Source of the DNA: Armatimonadota bacterium
GTDB taxonomy: Bacteria > Armatimonadota > HRBIN16
Assembly: GCA_963677485.1 (NCBI GenBank)
Contig: OY781964.1
Coordinates: forward strand, 1,856,001 to 1,920,000
Direction: 5' to 3'
DNA length: 64,000 nt
This document shows, one piece after another, positions 58,364 through 64,000 of the stretch; the first letter of the stretch is position 1; the number at the start of each line of letters is the position of its first letter. Position numbers and translations under genes: made by a program. The notes below the pieces were generated by a model that did no database searches, had not been told where the DNA came from, and saw nothing but the letters and a program-made list of their open reading frames with translations.

Positions 58364-58822
58364 AGACCGGCGCGGTCTTAAGCCTTCTGCTCCCGCTAGC
58401 CATCCGCCAGACGGCCCCAGACTTAGGCAATTGGGGCCGGCGGATTTTAGGTAACAACCTTAAATACCTCCGACACGCTTAAAAGTTAGTGTTGCCACCG
58501 TCCGGGGCGGTTTTCTCCTAACCGCGCCGGTCTTGTTTCCGCCACGAGGCCTTGAGGCTATCCGCCAGACCGGCGCGGTCTTAAGCCTTCTGCTCCCGCT
58601 AGCCATCCACCAGACCGCCCCGGACTTAGGCAATTGTGGCAGGAGGATTTTAGGTAATAACCCAAAGTACCGCCGACACGCTGAACAGTTAGTGTTGCCA
58701 CTGTCCGGGGCGGTTTTCTCTAACCGCGCCGGTCTTGTTTCCGCCACGAGGCCTCGAGGCTATCCGCCAGACCGGCGCGGACTTTGGCAATTGAGGGAGG
58801 GCGATTCGCGAATCGCCCCTAC
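58364..58822. repeat. Tandem ~203-bp family A units plus a GTAG-type REP
   Basis: AGACCGGCGCGG starts at 58364, 58567 and 58769. Each unit holds one forward and one inverted module. GGGCGATTCGCGAATCGCCCCTAC lies at ~58799. Confidence 0.88.
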
Positions 58823-58923
58823 AGATCCAACCGCCCTGGGCATCGCGAACCTGAACACCTCAGAGCCGTCCCCATATAATCTGCGTAATCTGTGTCATCT
58901 GTGGATGATTCTATATACCCCAG

Positions 58924-61900
58924 CTAATACCGAGCCTCAACTGTCACCCTGCCGCTCAAGCCGTGCAGTCGAACGGTATCGCAATCGAACTCCAGCCAGT
59001 TCTGGCCATTCACCAACATGGCCTTGATCGGCATGCCCTTTGGGTGGCGGAGACGAAGCTTCACGGCAGCGGGTTGAGACCGTTTTGGCATATCGAGCTC
59101 AGCCTTGATGGTGTTTTGCTCCACATCCGAGACGATCTCGTAGGAGACCACGCCAAAGTGGGTCGGCGCGTTCTGGACGCTGATCCGCTTCCCCTGTTCC
59201 AGCCAGACCCGCGGCGTGGCCCTCGCCAGCCACAGGTTCTGCCCCTCCTCCATCACCAGCAGGTTTCGGAAGCGCTCCAAGAAGGCGGCTTCTTCGAAAA
59301 TCTTATCTGGCGGGCCATGCACGGCGTGCTCGTTGAAGATATAACCATCAAACGGCAGCAGGTCGATGGCATAGCAGTTGAAGAAGGAGCGCAGGAAAAC
59401 CGGCACATCATCGCCCGCCAGATGCATGTTCGCGGTGCGCTCCAGACCGCCCTGATACTGCCAGCCAGCCATGAACCAGTCGCCCTTGGCACGCTGGGCC
59501 ACGTAGGCGTTCTCCAACAACAGCCTGTCCTCCAGCACGTCCAGGTAGCCCTGCACCCGCACGTCATCCGGGGGCAGCAGACCCGCGAGACTGATCAGCG
59601 CGGCCGCCGATTGCACGGTCTCCCAATACATGGGCCCCACGTGGCTGCCGGAACCATCGCGCAGCCATCCCCACGCCCCAGTGCTCAGACCGCGCACATA
59701 GCAGCTAAACGGGATCACCGAATGGTATGTGCCGTCACGCACAGGCACCACCGGCGAAAGCGCGATCGAACGCTCCACCGCCGCGAGCAGGTCTTTGCGG
59801 TAAGACTTCGCCTCAGCCGCGAGCTTGGCACCAGCTTCGGGATCGACCACGCTGAGGGTGGCTGCCAGTCGTGCGATCGAAGACCAGTAGTAGGCCTCGC
59901 ACTCGTAGAACTGCATCCACAACCCGCCGCTGTCGGGGGTCACCTGCAGAGCGGGCTGTAACCCCTTACACCAGAGACGCTCACCGCCAGGAAGCATGTT
60001 TCTGTTTACCTGCCGCTGGCGCAGCATCCATTCGGCATTGGCTTGGATGCGCGGAGCGGCGGCCTTCAGCCACTGCTTGTCGCCGGTCATCCAATAGTGC
60101 TCCGTCAAGGCCAAACCGATCGAGCCCGGCCCGAAGGCGTGGATACCATCCATCTGACCACCCGCACCATCGGGACCCACCGCGTTGGTGAGGCAGCCAT
60201 GGCCATCGGTGAAGAGACCATTGGGGCGGTTGGGCAGAGCACCCGCGTTGTGGCCCACCGAGTTGGTGTCCATCGGCAGCGAGATCCACTGGTCCAGACC
60301 ATCGGCCGCCGCGGAGTGGGAACCGAACAGGTCCAGAGCCATCAGCACCATGTACGTCTCGGCGCCGAGAATGCCGTAAGGATAGTCGTCGAACCACAGT
60401 CGACCGTTCGCCAGGTTCTTCTGCGCGTGCCGCAACAGATGCCAGTTACCGAGGTTCCATTGGGCGGTCATGCGTTCTGAGGGCACGGATATCTGCATCG
60501 CCGGTTTGAACTCGGCAGGAGCCGTGGGGTGCGGTGGCAGATTCTCGCCACACATCGCGGTGACGGCGCCTTCCCAGCTCTGCTCCTCATGATCGCGTGT
60601 TTGCTGGCGGATGGTGCTCAGCTTCTTAGCCTTGAGTTGCTTCAGAAACGCCCTGGCACTAGTGGCTTTCGACGCGAGTGAGATCGGAGGATGGGACGGG
60701 ATCCCGGGCGAGACAACCGAGTTTTGCATCGCAAACTGCCAAACATCAGCATTACCCTGAGTGTCGCTGTGCGGATTACCGGCATGAAGCGATCCCAGCA
60801 CGTCCTGGCTGAGGTTCCATGTGCGTCCGCGGCCACCCACTTCCGTGATCACCAGACTGATCAGGGTGGTGTCACACACATGCGAGCCTTTCCGGCCGAC
60901 CGCCAGCGAGAGCACGTCGCCAGCTTCCAGCTTCACAGAATCCAGTGCTTTGGTCTGCTCGGAATCGGCCGGGATGCTCTGTGAGCCGGTTCCGTTGGTG
61001 GCTCCATGGGCCAGATCAAAGTGTTTTGCTTTGGTGTCGTGGGTGATCCACCACTCGATGCCGTCAGAACCGGTTTGAGCATGGGCCACACTGGCCGTGA
61101 CCTTCATGCTGCCCTTGATCGGGCTGTGCCAGCCCACCGCAACCTCGGCACTCTGACCAGGGTGCATGGCCAGGCTGTTGGCGGGAAGTTCGATACCTTG
61201 AACAGAAACCAGATGGTTGGTCGGGTTGCCTCCGAACCAGGGGGTTTCGTCGCTCCCCCATCCCACTAGCTCCGCGTTGCCCGCGATGGAGTTCATCTTG
61301 CTGGAGAGCGGAACCATCTTATTGCGATGGTCTTGCGCGGATTGCTTCTTGACCGGCGGCAGCTTTGAGCTGCGCCGTATGAAGAATCCGTATTCCGGCG
61401 CATAGATCGGGCCGTTCTCCAAGTCCGCCGCCAGGAAGGAGAAGTTGCCGGACTTAGTCCAGAGTGTGACGATGGTTCGGGCGACATCCTCGCGCTGACT
61501 AGTGAAGGGAATCTGCTCACGCCATTTGGAGGTGCCCATATACAGCAGGCTGGCTTTGATGCCCCGCCGGTCCGCAGCTTTCCCCGTTGATGACCATGAG
61601 GTGCCATCGGCTGATGTGCCCGCGTCCCCGTTCAAAGGCTGGAGGCCAGTGAGGATGCCGTCGTAACACTCGTAACGCCCGCTGTAGTCCTTCTGAGCAG
61701 TCGACTTCTCGAAAGCCCATTCGATCTCAATGTCCATATTCTTCCAGGTATCGGCGACCAGTACCCTCACCGTGGGCACATCATATTCAGAGGCGGTCTT
61801 GGGACCGGCCACGCTCAGCACGATGCCGCAGGTGTTGTGCTTCAAGTCGTAGGTATAACTCCTGCCGTCGCTGGATTTCACCGGTTTTGCGGCCTGTTCG

Positions 61901-62307
61901 ACCGCAGCGAGGTTGTTCCACCATGAGCTGGCGCTCCCTTGGTTGTCCAGCGTGGTGACCGTAAGCTGCTCGGGTGCTGGGTGGCGATTCGCACTTGATG
62001 GCCAGCTCAACTCCAGTTTTTCTATCGGGCGGATCTCTTCCCACAACAAAGCACACAGCACCCGCTTGATTTGCTCATTCTCTCTGTCCACGGGCTGGTT
62101 TAGGGGCAGTTTGGCATAATGCAGCAGTGCGATCCAGCTCTCAGGCGGGTTATCGCCGGCTTTACGGTCAGCACGATACTGGTAGGCACTCGATGCGATG
62201 TCTACCGGTTGACCCACCAGCTTGCTGGCGTCTTTCACTGCCAGCGGGGCCGAATAGCCGGCCATGGCGAAGCATAAACTCAATATGATCACTGTGAAAA
62301 TGAACAT
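58924..62307 (-). CDS. Large secreted protein, probable glycoside-hydrolase-like (alpha/alpha)6 barrel with N-terminal beta domains
   Basis: Signal peptide from ATG 62307 (GGAGG RBS), EHYWMTGD..WL, C-terminal LARATPR.WL...NAPT.FG. Confidence 0.6.
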   Translation of the reverse strand: MFIFTVIILSLCFAMAGYSAPLAVKDASKLVGQPVDIASSAYQYRADRKAGDNPPESWIALLHYAKLPLNQPVDRENEQIKRVLCALLWEEIRPIEKLELSWPSSANRHPAPEQLTVTTLDNQGSASSWWNNLAAVEQAAKPVKSSDGRSYTYDLKHNTCGIVLSVAGPKTASEYDVPTVRVLVADTWKNMDIEIEWAFEKSTAQKDYSGRYECYDGILTGLQPLNGDAGTSADGTSWSSTGKAADRRGIKASLLYMGTSKWREQIPFTSQREDVARTIVTLWTKSGNFSFLAADLENGPIYAPEYGFFIRRSSKLPPVKKQSAQDHRNKMVPLSSKMNSIAGNAELVGWGSDETPWFGGNPTNHLVSVQGIELPANSLAMHPGQSAEVAVGWHSPIKGSMKVTASVAHAQTGSDGIEWWITHDTKAKHFDLAHGATNGTGSQSIPADSEQTKALDSVKLEAGDVLSLAVGRKGSHVCDTTLISLVITEVGGRGRTWNLSQDVLGSLHAGNPHSDTQGNADVWQFAMQNSVVSPGIPSHPPISLASKATSARAFLKQLKAKKLSTIRQQTRDHEEQSWEGAVTAMCGENLPPHPTAPAEFKPAMQISVPSERMTAQWNLGNWHLLRHAQKNLANGRLWFDDYPYGILGAETYMVLMALDLFGSHSAAADGLDQWISLPMDTNSVGHNAGALPNRPNGLFTDGHGCLTNAVGPDGAGGQMDGIHAFGPGSIGLALTEHYWMTGDKQWLKAAAPRIQANAEWMLRQRQVNRNMLPGGERLWCKGLQPALQVTPDSGGLWMQFYECEAYYWSSIARLAATLSVVDPEAGAKLAAEAKSYRKDLLAAVERSIALSPVVPVRDGTYHSVIPFSCYVRGLSTGAWGWLRDGSGSHVGPMYWETVQSAAALISLAGLLPPDDVRVQGYLDVLEDRLLLENAYVAQRAKGDWFMAGWQYQGGLERTANMHLAGDDVPVFLRSFFNCYAIDLLPFDGYIFNEHAVHGPPDKIFEEAAFLERFRNLLVMEEGQNLWLARATPRVWLEQGKRISVQNAPTHFGVVSYEIVSDVEQNTIKAELDMPKRSQPAAVKLRLRHPKGMPIKAMLVNGQNWLEFDCDTVRLHGLSGRVTVEARY

Positions 62308-62402
62308 GGGATATCTGACCTCCATCGCTTTGGTTCCCTTCTATGATCGGGGTTTCGACGATTCCTCAAGGGATGTCACCACACGTCCGTTAGTTCGCCA
62401 CT

Positions 62403-64000
62403 TTACCGGTTGATATGGAACAACCGGGTTTCACCAAGCAGCATATCGAACTTGAACGAAGTTGCTCTGCCCATCTCAACACCGTCTGTCACCGATGTCA
62501 GACTGCATTCATATGGCATATGGAGCGTCTTCGGACCCGCCGTGCTGGCATGAATCGAGACATAGCCGTTACCGGCGGCGACAACATCATTTTGCACACT
62601 GTAGAGATGAACACCTGCTTGGGCCGCATATTTTGATAGCGTGGCCGCGGGCAACGTGGTGGCATTGGCATAATAGCTGCGGCTACCGGTGCCCTCTCCC
62701 AGCTTCACGACCTCACTCACATTGCTGGGTGACACAACACCTCCGCGCACAATGCCCGGGTCGGACATCCACAGCAGCACGTTGCCCGGACGACAGGCCT
62801 GCTTCTTGATGGCGCGCAACTGGTTTGTGTCCAGCCGAAAGGTGTCCAGGAAGATGTATATTTTCGCCTTTGGCAGCTTGCCCGCCACCAGGTCCTCCAG
62901 CAGATACACGCCCACCGGTGCACCGATCCGGTAGTATTGCTGCCGGAACACATGAAGAAGGTAGTCCTGCGAGGCGGGATGGTAATAACAGCTTCGCTCA
63001 TCAAGAATCACCGCGATCTCAGGACTGTACTTTGTGAGCTCAGCGATGTTTGAGTTGTAGGCCTTTACCAGTTTGCCATTGTATTGCCAGATGGCCTCAT
63101 CGTTGAACCATCCGCGGCTGGCGATGTCGCCCCACCACTGGCCTGCGCCATGTGTTAATGAAACCGCAAAGTTGCGCTGCAGCACGCCCAGCGTTTCCCT
63201 GAGGTCCGCGCAGCGGCCGAAGCCAGCATCAGCATCGGCCAGGAACGTGCGCGTGTCGTCCTCGGTCAGCCAGAGCTTCCCGTGCAGCCTCACGGAGTCG
63301 AACGCGCCCATCATCGCCCCGGAGCCACCAGCGGAACGGTCGTAGTAGGAGGTGGGTGACACAATGGCGTCGACATAGGGTGACTTCAGCAGCCGCCCCA
63401 GCGCCAACCCGCCGCTGCCCGGCAGACCGAACTGCTCCATCTGGTAGCCGTAGAACGCGATCGCGAGCTTGTCCGGGGCCACATCCTTCACCGCTTTGCA
63501 CATCAACGCCACGGCGTCAGCCATACCGGTGTTCGCAAATTCGTCGAAGTCGATCGCCTTTTGCTGTTTCTGCGGGTCGCGATACTGGCCAACCGTCACT
63601 TCCGTGCGCTCAGACACGGTGGGCACATCCGCAGTGTTGATGGTCACGCTGGGGGCCGCCCAAGCCACCTGAAGTGCGCGGTCAGTGCGGTATTTCGTGC
63701 GCATAAACCTCTGGAATGCCGTCACAGCGGCCGGTTCGAAGCCGGTCACCTTCTGCGGAAAATTCCAAAAGAACCATTCGTCGGAGGTTTGTCCGGTCAC
63801 ATGGTATCCAGCGATGTTGTTGCCGTATTTTGCTTCCATGTGTTTCACATATGCACGGATGTTCATCGCGGCGTCTTTTCGCCATGCCGATGAATGGACG
63901 CACGCCAGAGGACCGACCGTGCCATCGTCGAACTTCATCACACCTCCTGGATGCTCGCTCTTCCACCAGTCAGGCGGGCCATCGGTCTGGAACCTCGGGA
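62403..64000 (-). CDS. GH42-like glycoside hydrolase, 5' end outside the window
   Basis: The frame is open to the window edge (PRFQTDGPPDWW...HP). IAGYH, EWF, SPTSY, EDDTRT as in 33301-35928. Confidence 0.72.
   Translation of the reverse strand, partial: PRFQTDGPPDWWKSEHPGGVMKFDDGTVGPLACVHSSAWRKDAAMNIRAYVKHMEAKYGNNIAGYHVTGQTSDEWFFWNFPQKVTGFEPAAVTAFQRFMRTKYRTDRALQVAWAAPSVTINTADVPTVSERTEVTVGQYRDPQKQQKAIDFDEFANTGMADAVALMCKAVKDVAPDKLAIAFYGYQMEQFGLPGSGGLALGRLLKSPYVDAIVSPTSYYDRSAGGSGAMMGAFDSVRLHGKLWLTEDDTRTFLADADAGFGRCADLRETLGVLQRNFAVSLTHGAGQWWGDIASRGWFNDEAIWQYNGKLVKAYNSNIAELTKYSPEIAVILDERSCYYHPASQDYLLHVFRQQYYRIGAPVGVYLLEDLVAGKLPKAKIYIFLDTFRLDTNQLRAIKKQACRPGNVLLWMSDPGIVRGGVVSPSNVSEVVKLGEGTGSRSYYANATTLPAATLSKYAAQAGVHLYSVQNDVVAAGNGYVSIHASTAGPKTLHMPYECSLTSVTDGVEMGRATSFKFDMLLGETRLFHINR

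Overview
Bacterial chromosomal window, mostly GC-rich, with about 40 genes. The gene mix suggests an Armatimonadota-like organism, but that is inference only. Core and accessory genes include LPS acyl- and heptosyl-transferases, fabI, lepB, a phosphomutase, a glycogen debranching enzyme, bcp, fba, greA-lysS, a CheB/CheR fusion, two PocR/PAS hybrid kinases, an AbiE-like type IV toxin-antitoxin pair and several large glycoside hydrolases. Intergenic spaces are packed with REP/MITE-like palindromic repeats. Four highlights. (1) A 1656-bp insertion (42195-43850) with no long terminal inverted repeats splits an FGE-sulfatase-domain gene at a CTA. It encodes a Rep_trans-like (rolling-circle initiator type) tyrosine protein with a C-terminal winged helix, making it a candidate uncharacterised class of transposable element. 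(2) An IS110 element (15159-16956) sits inside a REP. Its bridge-RNA target and donor guides and its circle-junction promoter can be read directly from the sequence, but the recombinase is frameshifted. (3) A radical SAM/SPASM enzyme is coupled to two paralogous ~185-aa proteins sharing a QSAMCY motif and two CxxC pairs, a candidate new protein-modification system. (4) A 1420-aa secreted TPR/PKD protein has a toxin-like C-terminal layout. No rRNA, tRNA or CRISPR array was recognised.
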